A stretch of DNA of 64,000 nt. Source: Candidatus Woesearchaeota archaeon. GTDB taxonomy: Archaea; Nanobdellota; Nanobdellia; Pacearchaeales; GW2011-AR1. The stretch covers positions 79,288-143,287 of the forward strand of contig CAZUKQ010000001.1 in assembly GCA_964621025.1 (NCBI GenBank), written 5' to 3'. Below the pieces are notes generated by a model, which worked only from the letters and a program-made list of their open reading frames with translations, had not been told where the DNA came from and did not search any database. Of the stretch, positions 1 to 9,415 are shown piece after piece. Position 1 is the first letter of the stretch, and every line of letters begins with the position of its first letter. A program made the position numbers and the translations under genes.

Positions 1-1461
1 TTAACTCCCCCATCTTTGGTTGACCAGTGGGTTGAAGAATTACGAGAAAAGTTTGATTTAAATTTTAAAATTATTGAAACGGTTGATGACTGGAAGAATG
101 ATTTTGTAATTGCTTCTTTAGATAGAGTAAAGATATTTGATTCTGATAACGGAGAATTTAGACATAAGTTTGCTCATGATATTTCTTGGGATTTAGTCGT
201 TGTTGATGAAGCACATAAACTTAAGGAAAGAAATACTATTAGATGGAGATTCGTCGATAAATTGAAAAAAAAGAGATTTTTGCTTTTGACTGCAACTCCT
301 TTCCAGAATGATTTGATTGAACTTTACAATCTCTTGAACTTACTTAAGAAAGGACACTTAGGAACTGTGAAAGAATTTAGAAATAATTTTTTGTTTAAAG
401 GAAATAAAAGATATCCTTTGAATCCACTAGAACTGAGAAGGAAGTTGGGAGAGTTGATGGTGAGAAGAAAGAGAAATGAAATTGGAATAAACTACAAAAA
501 AAGAATTCCTAAAATTATTTCTGTGAAATTGACTCCTGAAGAAAAAGTTATTTATGATAACATTTGTCATTTAATTAAGTCAGAATATTTTTCTGCTAAT
601 GGGGATAGAATAAATGGTTTGCTTGCAGTTTACACTTTATTGCCAAAGATAACTTCTTCTTCTAAATCTGCAATTGAAACTTTGACAAATATTGTTGAAG
701 AACAAAAATATCATTCTGACACACGAAGATTAGCTGCAGATATTTTAGATGATTACGCTAAACTAAAGACAGATACAAAAATTGAAACTTTAGTAGATTT
801 AGTTAAAAAAATTCTTGCAAAAAGTGATGATGAGAAAATTTTGATTTATACAAGACATCCTACAACTCTGAGATATATCGTAGAGAAATTGTCTCCGATG
901 AATTTGAAAATTGTAGAGTTTATGGGTGGTTTAGATAGGGAAGAAAAAACAAAAAGAATAAACCAGTTTAAATCAGGTGGCGCAGATATTTTAATTTCTA
1001 CAGACACTGGTGCTGAAGGTTTAAATTTTCAATTCTGTAGAAATTTGATTAATTACGATTTACCATGGAACCCTATGTCTGTTGAACAAAGAATTGGGAG
1101 ACTTGATAGAATTGGGCAGGCAAGAGATATGTATATTTATTCTCTGGCGACAAAAGATACAATGGAAGAAAAGGTTGTAGATTTAATCATTAACAAAATG
1201 TGCTGTGTTGGTTTAGTTATTGGTGAGTTGCCCATTATATTATTTAATGCTGGCCTTGACGGGGAGGGAGAATATAGCAGAAATAAAATTGAAGAAAAAT
1301 TAATGCGATCATTTATAGACTCTAAAAATAACTTAGAAATATTCGCTAATGATGTTTCGAGTATTGCAAGAATGGTAGAAGCAGGAATAGCCGAATATAA
1401 AGAAATGGAAAAACTAAACAAGGAGGTTTTAGATGGAGAACAAAGTTCAATCAGTAGTTAG
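1..1461 (+). CDS. SNF2/Swi2-family helicase, C-terminal ~486 aa (5' end outside window)
   Basis: Frame 1 is open from nt 1 (LTPPSLVDQW). DEAH box VVVDEAHKLK, LLLTATPFQND, and helicase-C motifs STDTGAEGLNFQ and DLPWNPMSVEQRIGRLDRIGQ. Confidence 0.85.
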   Translation, partial: LTPPSLVDQWVEELREKFDLNFKIIETVDDWKNDFVIASLDRVKIFDSDNGEFRHKFAHDISWDLVVVDEAHKLKERNTIRWRFVDKLKKKRFLLLTATPFQNDLIELYNLLNLLKKGHLGTVKEFRNNFLFKGNKRYPLNPLELRRKLGELMVRRKRNEIGINYKKRIPKIISVKLTPEEKVIYDNICHLIKSEYFSANGDRINGLLAVYTLLPKITSSSKSAIETLTNIVEEQKYHSDTRRLAADILDDYAKLKTDTKIETLVDLVKKILAKSDDEKILIYTRHPTTLRYIVEKLSPMNLKIVEFMGGLDREEKTKRINQFKSGGADILISTDTGAEGLNFQFCRNLINYDLPWNPMSVEQRIGRLDRIGQARDMYIYSLATKDTMEEKVVDLIINKMCCVGLVIGELPIILFNAGLDGEGEYSRNKIEEKLMRSFIDSKNNLEIFANDVSSIARMVEAGIAEYKEMEKLNKEVLDGEQSSISS

Positions 1462-2764
1462 TGCTTTTTTTCGTGGACTTAAGTGTGAAGTTGTTGAAAG
1501 AGCGGACAGCATTCTAGTTAAAAGAATTCCAGAAAGAATTCAAAAAAGTTTTAATCTTAAATCTGAAGAGGAGATGACCTTCAATAAAGAGAAAGGAGGA
1601 TTTTTCGTTGATGAAAAATCTGATTTATTTAGAAAAATTAAAGACTATTTGAAAAACGAATCTAGTAAAACTCTTCTTAAAATAGACTTTGACTTTCCTT
1701 CTAATGTTCAGGAGAAAATAAAACTTAGAAACTGTTCAATTTCCAGCGTCGAAAAAAAACAAGAAAATAACTATTTCTCAAGATTTACATTTTTGACTAG
1801 CTTTAGATTTTTGAATCATGTTGAACAAGTTATAAATGAGATTTTTGTACATGAGGGTTTGGTTGTTGGCGGAGATTTAAGAGATTATAAGATCCAAGAA
1901 GGAAAACAAAACGAGGCTTCCACAGAACATTTGACAAAAGACTACGCGGTTGCAAAGGATAAACTTAAGGAATTACTAAAATCTAAGATGGATGAATTAT
2001 CTGTAAACCTAAATAAAGAACTAAAAAATGAAAAAGACAGAATCGAAGAACACTATAAAAAAATTTTATCCGAATTAAATCATCAGAGAGCAAGATCTCT
2101 AGAGCGAATTTCTGAGGCTGAAAAGAACGGTGAATATAAAGATAAGATAAAAAAGATGAAAGATGCTTTAGAAAAGTCTTTTCCTAGTTCAAATATTGAA
2201 AAAGTTAATGCTGAGATAAAAGAAGTGCTAAATAATGAAAAAACAAAATATTCATTGAGTGTAGAAAATAAATTGCTTGACACTACGGTGATTTATTATC
2301 CTATTTTCAAAATTAATATTTGTTTGGATGAGGGAGGATTTAAGAAAACCGTTGAAATGGCCTATAATCCTTTGACTGAAAAAGTTAGTGAATTCTTGTG
2401 TGACTCTTGCAAAAGTCATTTGGAACAAATAAATGTTTGTCACGGCGGCCACATTTGTTGTAGTTCTTGTCTTTATTCTTGTTCTGAATGTGGAAAGAGA
2501 TACTGCAAAGAATGTTTTTCAGGATTATGTGATTCCTGTGGAAAACTTGTTTGTAAAAATTGTGCAAGAAAATGCAACTCTTGCGGAAAATTATTTTGTA
2601 AAAACTGTATGAGAACTAAAACTGCTAATGGAAAGGAAGTTTGCTCTGGTTGTTCAACTTACTGCTCTCAGTGTTCAACGATTGTGGAGAAAAAAAGCCT
2701 GGTTAGAAGTGCTAGTGGTGCGATGGTCTGTAGAAGTTGTTCAATGAAAAAACGAGCTAGTTAG
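1433..2764 (+). CDS. Coiled-coil protein with C-terminal array of CxxC zinc-ribbon motifs, family not recognised
   Basis: ATG 1433 is preceded by AGGAGG at 1421-1426 and overlaps the SNF2 ORF by 29 nt. Lys/Glu-rich middle region. The last ~120 aa carry 11 CxxC pairs, including three CxxCGKxxCKxC units. Confidence 0.7.
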   Translation: MENKVQSVVSAFFRGLKCEVVERADSILVKRIPERIQKSFNLKSEEEMTFNKEKGGFFVDEKSDLFRKIKDYLKNESSKTLLKIDFDFPSNVQEKIKLRNCSISSVEKKQENNYFSRFTFLTSFRFLNHVEQVINEIFVHEGLVVGGDLRDYKIQEGKQNEASTEHLTKDYAVAKDKLKELLKSKMDELSVNLNKELKNEKDRIEEHYKKILSELNHQRARSLERISEAEKNGEYKDKIKKMKDALEKSFPSSNIEKVNAEIKEVLNNEKTKYSLSVENKLLDTTVIYYPIFKINICLDEGGFKKTVEMAYNPLTEKVSEFLCDSCKSHLEQINVCHGGHICCSSCLYSCSECGKRYCKECFSGLCDSCGKLVCKNCARKCNSCGKLFCKNCMRTKTANGKEVCSGCSTYCSQCSTIVEKKSLVRSASGAMVCRSCSMKKRAS

Positions 2765-2809
2765 GTGTATTCGTAAGCTAATTAAACCGTAATTTCATCT
2801 TAATTTAAA

Positions 2810-2881
2810 GGATCCATAGTTTAACGGATAGAATGCTGGGTTTCGGCCCCGGTGATGGGGGTTCAATTCCTCCTGGATCCA
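2810..2881 (+). tRNA. tRNA-Arg (anticodon UCG)
   Basis: Cloverleaf folded by hand. Acceptor GGATCCA/TGGATCC, anticodon stem CTGGG/CCCGG, loop TT-TCG-GC, T-arm GGGGG-TTCAATT-CCTCC, discriminator A. No encoded CCA. Confidence 0.9.
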
Positions 2882-2987
2882 TTTTCGTAGGAAACCAAAG
2901 TTTCCTGACAAGTCACCTTCCTTCCGGATTCACTTTTTATAAAAGAACTATCTAAATCCTTATAAACAAAAAGTTCTTTGTAAGATT

Positions 2988-3269
2988 ATGACAGTCTATC
3001 TGCTCACAAACGAAGGAAACGACGTTGAGGGAGTTTCTTATAGGGCTTATTCTCTTAGTGTTAAAGAAGGAAAACTTGAGAAAAATCAAGTAAACCTCAA
3101 TGGTACTGTTGGATGGGACAGACTGGACTTCTTTAGAAATGCTTTGAAAAAAGTGGGTGCTCTTCCTTACACTGAAGGTTCAATTTTGAATGGTTTTTTT
3201 CCTGAAAGGGGAAGTAAAAAAAGACTTTGTAAAATTGCGGATGAGGATTTTACGACCCTGATAAAGTAA
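2988..3269 (+). CDS. Hypothetical protein (93 aa)
   Basis: ORF with a TATA-like CCTTATAAAC about 25 nt upstream. No recognisable motif. Confidence 0.45.
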   Translation: MTVYLLTNEGNDVEGVSYRAYSLSVKEGKLEKNQVNLNGTVGWDRLDFFRNALKKVGALPYTEGSILNGFFPERGSKKRLCKIADEDFTTLIK

Positions 3270-3310
3270 GTCAACAAAACCCTTTTAAAGAATATCTACT
3301 TGCTATTGGT

Positions 3311-3586
3311 ATGATTACAATCAAAAAACAATCAAAACCCATATCAAAATTGAAGAGGGGCGATAATGTAACTGTCGACGGACACGTTCTTGAAATTGAT
3401 GACCATTACATTTTCATAAAACATAAAAATACGACCGAAATGATTATTGAACTTTTTAATCCAAAGACTGAAAAAGAATATCAGATAAGATATTTTGACG
3501 ATCAGATTGAATCTAGCATGGAATTCTATTATTTGCAGAATGATTTCCAATACACCAAGGCTGATGTGAAGTTGATTGAGTGGTAA
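3311..3586 (+). CDS. Hypothetical protein (91 aa)
   Basis: ORF only; no recognisable motif. Confidence 0.45.
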   Translation: MITIKKQSKPISKLKRGDNVTVDGHVLEIDDHYIFIKHKNTTEMIIELFNPKTEKEYQIRYFDDQIESSMEFYYLQNDFQYTKADVKLIEW

Positions 3587-3618
3587 TCTTCTAATTTTTT
3601 AAAACACCAACAATCACC

Positions 3619-3634
3619 AAAAGCTTTATATATT
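3619..3634 (+). promoter_or_regulatory. BRE/TATA-like promoter element (AAAAGCTTTATATATT)
   Basis: Matches the purine-rich BRE plus TTTAWATA pattern that recurs 20-35 nt upstream of many start codons in this window. Confidence 0.45.
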
Positions 3635-3636
3635 AA

Positions 3637-3662
3637 GTTACTAATCGTATACTATTAGTAAC
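3637..3662 (+). promoter_or_regulatory. Perfect 9-bp inverted repeat (GTTACTAAT-n8-ATTAGTAAC), candidate operator
   Basis: Lies between the TATA element and the ATG (3664) of an RHH-type gene. Arms are at 3637-3645 and 3654-3662. Confidence 0.5.
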
Positions 3663-3663
3663 T

Positions 3664-3837
3664 ATGACAACAAACAACGAAACAACTGTAAAAATAAGTA
3701 AATGGCTAATTGATGAAGTAGATAATTATCTGAGAAAAAATAAACGGAACATGACTGAGTTTCCTTCTAAGAGAACTTTTGTCGACGTTGCGGTGATGTC
3801 CTTCTTGGAAAAAAGAGGTGTAAAACTAAACTATTAG
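3664..3837 (+). CDS. RHH (CopG/Arc-like) DNA-binding protein, 57 aa (absent from ORF track)
   Basis: Hand translation MTTNNETTVKISKWLIDEVDNYLRKNKRNMTEFPSKRTFVDVAVMSFLEKRGVKLNY. The strand-helix-helix pattern is typical of RHH proteins. Confidence 0.55.
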   Translation: MTTNNETTVKISKWLIDEVDNYLRKNKRNMTEFPSKRTFVDVAVMSFLEKRGVKLNY

Positions 3838-3844
3838 GAGGAAC

Positions 3845-3970
3845 ATGGAAAAAATAGAAGAAGCACGTGCAATGTTTAGAAGGTTGGAAGGTATTGACAG
3901 AAATTCTGAAGAATTTATGTATCGACATATTGAAGCTTATGAAAGATTTTTGAGCATTAAAAGTTGCTAG
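3845..3970 (+). CDS. 41-aa ORF coupled to the RHH gene (absent from ORF track)
   Basis: ATG 3845 is preceded by TAGGAGGAAC (SD) and lies 7 nt after the RHH stop. Translation MEKIEEARAMFRRLEGIDRNSEEFMYRHIEAYERFLSIKSC. Confidence 0.4.
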   Translation: MEKIEEARAMFRRLEGIDRNSEEFMYRHIEAYERFLSIKSC

Positions 3971-4936
3971 TTACTCAACAAAAGCTTTCGCGACTAAAAG
4001 AGGAAAAATAATTGTAGCGTCTCCGTAGACTTTTACTGATTCTGCTTTTTGCGAGATTTTTCCCCAGGACACTGCTTCGTCAGGTCTTGCACCGCTATCA
4101 CTTCCATCGAATTCTTGTGCAGTGTTGATATAAACTGCGTAGTCTGCTCCGTTTCTGTATAAATTTGCGTTGCATATTGCATGTTTTATTACTCCGCCAC
4201 CTAAAATTATCATTCCTGTTTTTTCTCTTCCCATTGAACTATCATTTAGTTCTTCTGTGTGTGCAACTAAATCTAATTTGAAATCTGGATTTGACTTTTT
4301 GAAGAAATACATCATGTCTCCTAGAGAACCATCCATAATTGCCGGACAGAAAACTGGAATGTTGTTCTTGTAAGCCCAATAGTAAACTGATTCTTTGTTG
4401 TTTATTTCTTTTCCTAAAAGTTTAATCAAATCTGAAGGAGTTTTTAATTCTTTTTTGTGTTTTTTTAGTATTGGAAGAATCCACTCTTCGAATTTTACAT
4501 ACCTTGAATTTGGGATTAGAACGTTTCCAGCACGATTTATTCCTTTGTCCCTTAGTTCCGAGCCATCTAAATTGAAATCGCCTAGTTTAAAGTCACCAAT
4601 ACATTTGATTAGGTCTTCTTCTATTCCGCCAGCTGTTGTAACTAAAACATCTACGAGTTTGTGTTCTACTAAGTATCTGATTATTTCTCTGTTTCCAGTA
4701 GTAATCATATTTGAGGTATAGCCAAGATAGATGAATGCTTTGTTTTTTCTCATTTTTTTGACAATCTCAACAGCTTTTGCCAAACTTGAGGCTTGCGCGC
4801 CGACGGAAGAAAAAGAATCTATTAGTTTTGAATAATCTAAACCTTTGTTGAAGTCGTAACCTTTGATTGAAATTCCATTTACTTCTTCGCTTTCCTTCAG
4901 GATGTTATCACGAGCATTATTTTTTTTAGAAACCAT
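3971..4936 (-). CDS. dys: Deoxyhypusine synthase
   Basis: Typical length (321 aa). Family motifs include [21 protein letters not shown] and DEAVSWGK. Confidence 0.9.
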   Translation of the reverse strand: MVSKKNNARDNILKESEEVNGISIKGYDFNKGLDYSKLIDSFSSVGAQASSLAKAVEIVKKMRKNKAFIYLGYTSNMITTGNREIIRYLVEHKLVDVLVTTAGGIEEDLIKCIGDFKLGDFNLDGSELRDKGINRAGNVLIPNSRYVKFEEWILPILKKHKKELKTPSDLIKLLGKEINNKESVYYWAYKNNIPVFCPAIMDGSLGDMMYFFKKSNPDFKLDLVAHTEELNDSSMGREKTGMIILGGGVIKHAICNANLYRNGADYAVYINTAQEFDGSDSGARPDEAVSWGKISQKAESVKVYGDATIIFPLLVAKAFVE

Positions 4937-5026
4937 GTTTATAGTTGTGACTAGGATTAGTTAATTGGAATAGCTAACTGTCTTGTCATCATATTAATTA
5001 GAAATATTGAGGATTTTTAAGGTTTG

Positions 5027-6064
5027 TTATTCCTCTTTTAGGTAAGCTTTCAATGCAGTCTTGAAGTTTTCAATTTCAATTAGAGGAATTTTTGCTCCGC
5101 AAGCAACTTCATGCCCACCACCCTTAGCTCCAGGAATCTTTAGGACAACATTGTCAACAATTTTTTTTGCTTTTGGTCCTCTGATTGAAACACTTGTAGA
5201 ATCTTGTTTTCTAAATACTACAACCACATTTTTTTCTGGATGATCAAACATCAATCTATTAGAAACTTCGGAAGACATACTTGTTTCTCCACTATATTCT
5301 AAATAAACTAATTTTTTTCCAGCGTTCTTATTTCCTTTTTCAACTTGTTTTAGAAGAACTTCATTTAATCTTTTGTATTGGTAGTGAAGTTGTTTTGTAT
5401 GTGGATTTTCTTCTAGTAAATCGTAAACATTACTTGCTTTCGTTAGAGTTCTAATTAAGTTCAGAACATTTGTCGTTGTATCCTTCAAACCAAAATTTAA
5501 CATTGTCGTGATTTTTCCAATTTCTGTCATATACATTGCGTCAAAAGGAGTTAAAGCATTGTTGAACAATTCTGGATTTTCTTTTGCGAAAGATTTTGAG
5601 AAAAAAGGTTTGTAAACATCACCTATACAGCCAATCATAGCTAACCACTCATCTTCTTTTCTTTCATAAACCATGTGAGCAAGAAATGTCGTTGGTTCTC
5701 CTCCATTTTCTGCTGAACTGTAATAATTCATCAGAGACATTTTTTCTTTTGGAATTTGCATTGGGTGGTGGTCAATACAGACTATTGGAAGACCTAGTTC
5801 GCTAATTCCTTCTAGAAATTCTAATTCTATTTCAGCTTTGTCTAAAATAAAAATATAATCTGAACTTAACTCCTCCGCTCTTTTTATGTAACTTGCATCC
5901 AATCCTGGAAAAGATTTTATTGCTACTGCTTTTCCCTTACCTGAAGCCCTCAGTAAAATAACTGCACTACATAAACCATCTACGTCGTTGTCAAATAAAA
6001 ATAAAGGATTTTGCGCCTTGTCCAAATGTTCTCCTATCTCTTTTAGTTGCTTTAAACTTAACAT
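5027..6064 (-). CDS. DHH/DHHA1-family phosphoesterase (RecJ/NrnA-like)
   Basis: DHH motifs FDNDVDGLCS, ILDKAE and CIDHHP. DHHA1 motif GGGHEVACGA near the C-terminus. Confidence 0.75.
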   Translation of the reverse strand: MLSLKQLKEIGEHLDKAQNPLFLFDNDVDGLCSAVILLRASGKGKAVAIKSFPGLDASYIKRAEELSSDYIFILDKAEIELEFLEGISELGLPIVCIDHHPMQIPKEKMSLMNYYSSAENGGEPTTFLAHMVYERKEDEWLAMIGCIGDVYKPFFSKSFAKENPELFNNALTPFDAMYMTEIGKITTMLNFGLKDTTTNVLNLIRTLTKASNVYDLLEENPHTKQLHYQYKRLNEVLLKQVEKGNKNAGKKLVYLEYSGETSMSSEVSNRLMFDHPEKNVVVVFRKQDSTSVSIRGPKAKKIVDNVVLKIPGAKGGGHEVACGAKIPLIEIENFKTALKAYLKEE

Positions 6065-7095
6065 TAAAATACCGCCTTTCCTTCCAAAACTTGTAATCTT
6101 AGTTTCTCTATTTCTTCTTTTATTGTTACTGTTCTGTTCTTCAATATTTCTTCTAACTTATTTGAATCGTCTTCTAAAAGAGTATTTAATGTTCCAAATT
6201 TAGTCACAATTTGAGATATTTCTTTTTGTGTTAAAGTCAAATTAGACAAGAATCTGAATCCTTGTGGATGCGAACTTTCTTCTAATCCTTGTTCGAAAAC
6301 TAATCTTGCGATTGCATCTAAATCTAGTAGTCCGTCGTAACTAAGACTTGATAAAAGAGTTTTTGTTTTCTTCAAAGACATCTTTGCATAATCTCTTAGA
6401 ACATTTTCTTCAACTTTCTCTACGCCCTTCAACAATTCTTTGTAACGCATGTTCATGATGTTCCCGAATTTTCCTATCTCCGTGAAATTTCTTCTGATGT
6501 TTTCAGAAATTCTCAAAATCATTTCGGTTCTCTGAAGAATTCTACAAATATCTCTAACTGAACCCATACCTGAAATTTCCAATAAATTCAATTTACCTGT
6601 TAAGTCGTCAAGAATTTCTTTTTGTTTTTCTAAAATTTGAAGTGAGCTGTTTATTTCTCTCAAAAGTTCTTCTGAAGATTTCAAAAAATATCTTGTGGTT
6701 TTATAATAAAGAGAAACTTTTTTTCTTCTTTCTGAAATTGCAATTACAAAAGCTCCTGCTTGCTTCGCAGTTTTTTCCGCTGCCTTGTGTCTTGTTCCCG
6801 TTTCACTTGTGTGGATTGAGTTATCAGGAGTAAGAAGAACATTTGCGTAAAGAATTCTTTTCAAGTCTGCTGAAACAATAATCGCTCCATCCATTTTACA
6901 TAATTCGAATAATCTTTCTGGCGAAAATCTACAGTTTAATCTAAAACCACCCTCAAAACATTTTTCAATTTCTGGCGTTGCGAAAACTATTAGTGCTCCG
7001 AGCTCTGATCTGATTAAGTCGTCTAAAACCGTTCTCAACGAAGTTCCTGGAGATACTTTTTTCAAATACTCCATAAACACCTTTTCCTCTTCCAT
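6064..7095 (-). CDS. disA: DisA-type diadenylate cyclase / DNA integrity scanning protein
   Basis: N-terminal diadenylate-cyclase (DAC) motifs GALIVF, DGAIIV and TGTRHKAAE. Linker helices and a C-terminal HhH-like segment. The stop overlaps the DHH start (TAATG). Confidence 0.8.
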   Translation of the reverse strand: MEEEKVFMEYLKKVSPGTSLRTVLDDLIRSELGALIVFATPEIEKCFEGGFRLNCRFSPERLFELCKMDGAIIVSADLKRILYANVLLTPDNSIHTSETGTRHKAAEKTAKQAGAFVIAISERRKKVSLYYKTTRYFLKSSEELLREINSSLQILEKQKEILDDLTGKLNLLEISGMGSVRDICRILQRTEMILRISENIRRNFTEIGKFGNIMNMRYKELLKGVEKVEENVLRDYAKMSLKKTKTLLSSLSYDGLLDLDAIARLVFEQGLEESSHPQGFRFLSNLTLTQKEISQIVTKFGTLNTLLEDDSNKLEEILKNRTVTIKEEIEKLRLQVLEGKAVF

Positions 7096-7221
7096 GTTGT
7101 AAAAAGGCCTAAGAACTATTTATATCTTTTGTGTTATCATGAAAGAATTGCTAAATTGACCTAGTTTTACTCTATTAACTCAAATCAAAAATATTAAAAG
7201 CCCTGCTGACAAGCTATATTC

Positions 7222-9384
7222 ATGGCTGTTGCTAAAAAAAAGGCTGTTGCTGTAAAGGTTGTAGAAAAAACTGAGAAAAGTCCTAAATCTAGAGTTCCAA
7301 CTACGATGATTATTACCGAGAAACCTCAGGCTGCTGCTAAAATCGCGGCTGCTTTATCTGGTGGAACTGATGATAAAATTGATGATAAAAACAAGGTCGC
7401 ATATTATGAATTTAACAAGGACAACCGAAGAATTGTAGTTGTTTGTGCGGTCGGTCATTTATTTGGTGTTATGCAAGTTGCTCAAAGAGGTCCTTTCCCT
7501 AATTATGAAGTTGAGTGGAGGCCAAATTATGAAAAGAAAGGCGCAGATTACACTAAAAAATATTTTGAAGTAATAAAGAAACTTGCGAAGGATGCGGACG
7601 AATTTGTGGTTGCGACGGACTTTGATGTTGAGGGAGAAGTTATTGGTTGGAATGTTGTACGATTTATTTGTAAACAAAAAGATGCTAAAAGAATGAAATT
7701 CTCCTCATTGACAAAAGAATCTTTGGACGAATCTTGGCAAAATATTCAGCAACATCTTAATTGGGGTGAAGCTTACGCTGGTGAAACTAGACATTACTTA
7801 GATTGGTTTTATGGTATTAATCTTTCTCGTGGTTTGATGAAAGCTCTTTCTAAAACTGGACAGTTCAGAATTCTTTCTATTGGGCGAGTTCAGGGTCCGG
7901 CATTAAAAATTGTAGTAGATAAAGAAAAAGAAATTCAAGCTTTCAAATCTGAACCATATTGGCAAATTTTCCTTAATGTGAAAGACAAGAAAGGTAAAAA
8001 AATTGAAGTTAAACATCCTCAAAACATTACAAAAAAAAGTGACTTGTTGAAATTCAAACATCTTCAGGGACAAAAAGGAAATGCAGTTACTGAAATTAAA
8101 GAAGACAAAGTTGCGGCGCCAATTCCCTTTGATTTGACAACTCTTCAAACTGAAGCATATAAATTTTGTAATCTGACTCCTGCTCAGTCTATGAAAATAG
8201 CACAGAATTTGTATTTAGAAGGTTTGATTTCTTATCCGAGAACTTCAAGTCAGAAATATCCTGCAGACATTGGCTATGATAAAATTATGAAGAAATTAAA
8301 CAAGTATACGACTTTGACAAAATATGCAACAAATAAAACTCCAACTGAAGGAGAAAAGACGGACCCTGCGCACCCTGCGATTTATCCTACAGGGGAAAGT
8401 AAAAAATTGAAAGACACAGATAAAAAGCTGTATGATTTAATTGTAAAAAGATTTATTGCTTGTTTCTGCGACGCTGCTCTTGTTGAAAATAAAAAAGTTA
8501 AGGTTGACGTTAGTGGCATAAAATTTGAGGCTAGGGGAATTGAAATCAAAGAAGAAAATTGGATGCAAGTTTATCCAACGAAAACTAAAGAAGAAAAGAT
8601 AATTACTGTTGAAGGTGAAGTTGATGTTTCTGAAATTAGAACCGAAGAAAAGATGACTCAGCCACCAAACAGATATAATCCTTCTTCTTTGATTAAAGAA
8701 TTAGAAAAGCGAAATCTTGGAACTAAGGCTACAAGAACCAATATTATCGAAACACTTTACTCCAGAGGTTACATTAAAGAACAAAGTATTGAAGTGAGTG
8801 AACTTGGAATGAAAGTTGCTGAGACCTTGGAAAAATATTCTCCTAAAATTTTGGATGAAGCTTTAACTAGAGAATTTGAAACTGAACTTGAAAAAATGGA
8901 AGTCGACAAAGTTGATTATGTTAAGAAAGAAAAAGAAATTCTTGATAAGGCAAAGAAGAGTATTAATGAAATTGCAAAAGATATGACCAAAAATATTGAT
9001 TTGATTGGGAAGTCTCTTGCTGATGGTAATGCTGCTGCTTGGGAAGCTGAAAAACAAGACAACACTATGACTGTTTGTCCAAATTGCGGAACTGGAAAAT
9101 TGAGAGTCATGTATGGTAAAAAATACCAAAGATATTTTGTTTCGTGTGATGCTTATCCAAACTGTAAAACAACTTTCACTCTGCCTGCTGGTGGAATGAT
9201 TAAACCTGTGAAAGACAAAGAAGGAAATTTTGAAATGTGTCAGGATTGCGGTGGGAAATTCCCCTTCATGATGAGATTAATGAAAGGAAAGAGACCTTGG
9301 AAATTTTGTTTCAATCCTGTTTGTCCTTCAAGAGAAAAATATGCTAAAGTAAAAGAAGAAGCTGAAGATAAAAAAGTAGAGTAA
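7222..9384 (+). CDS. topA: Type IA DNA topoisomerase with C-terminal zinc ribbons
   Basis: Toprim domain (IITEKPQAA, DFDVEGE). Active-site region GLISYPRTSSQ. C-terminal CPNCG...CDAYPNC and CQDCGG zinc ribbons. Confidence 0.85.
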   Translation: MAVAKKKAVAVKVVEKTEKSPKSRVPTTMIITEKPQAAAKIAAALSGGTDDKIDDKNKVAYYEFNKDNRRIVVVCAVGHLFGVMQVAQRGPFPNYEVEWRPNYEKKGADYTKKYFEVIKKLAKDADEFVVATDFDVEGEVIGWNVVRFICKQKDAKRMKFSSLTKESLDESWQNIQQHLNWGEAYAGETRHYLDWFYGINLSRGLMKALSKTGQFRILSIGRVQGPALKIVVDKEKEIQAFKSEPYWQIFLNVKDKKGKKIEVKHPQNITKKSDLLKFKHLQGQKGNAVTEIKEDKVAAPIPFDLTTLQTEAYKFCNLTPAQSMKIAQNLYLEGLISYPRTSSQKYPADIGYDKIMKKLNKYTTLTKYATNKTPTEGEKTDPAHPAIYPTGESKKLKDTDKKLYDLIVKRFIACFCDAALVENKKVKVDVSGIKFEARGIEIKEENWMQVYPTKTKEEKIITVEGEVDVSEIRTEEKMTQPPNRYNPSSLIKELEKRNLGTKATRTNIIETLYSRGYIKEQSIEVSELGMKVAETLEKYSPKILDEALTREFETELEKMEVDKVDYVKKEKEILDKAKKSINEIAKDMTKNIDLIGKSLADGNAAAWEAEKQDNTMTVCPNCGTGKLRVMYGKKYQRYFVSCDAYPNCKTTFTLPAGGMIKPVKDKEGNFEMCQDCGGKFPFMMRLMKGKRPWKFCFNPVCPSREKYAKVKEEAEDKKVE

Positions 9385-9415
9385 TATTTAATAACTAGTT
9401 CTTTGTTTAGTTTTT

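Noticed and set aside
2889-2906. 7-bp hairpin AGGAAAC-caaa-GTTTCCT just after tRNA-Arg
   Set aside because: It is short and isolated. Archaeal termination does not require hairpins, and there is no evidence for function beyond possible 3'-end processing.
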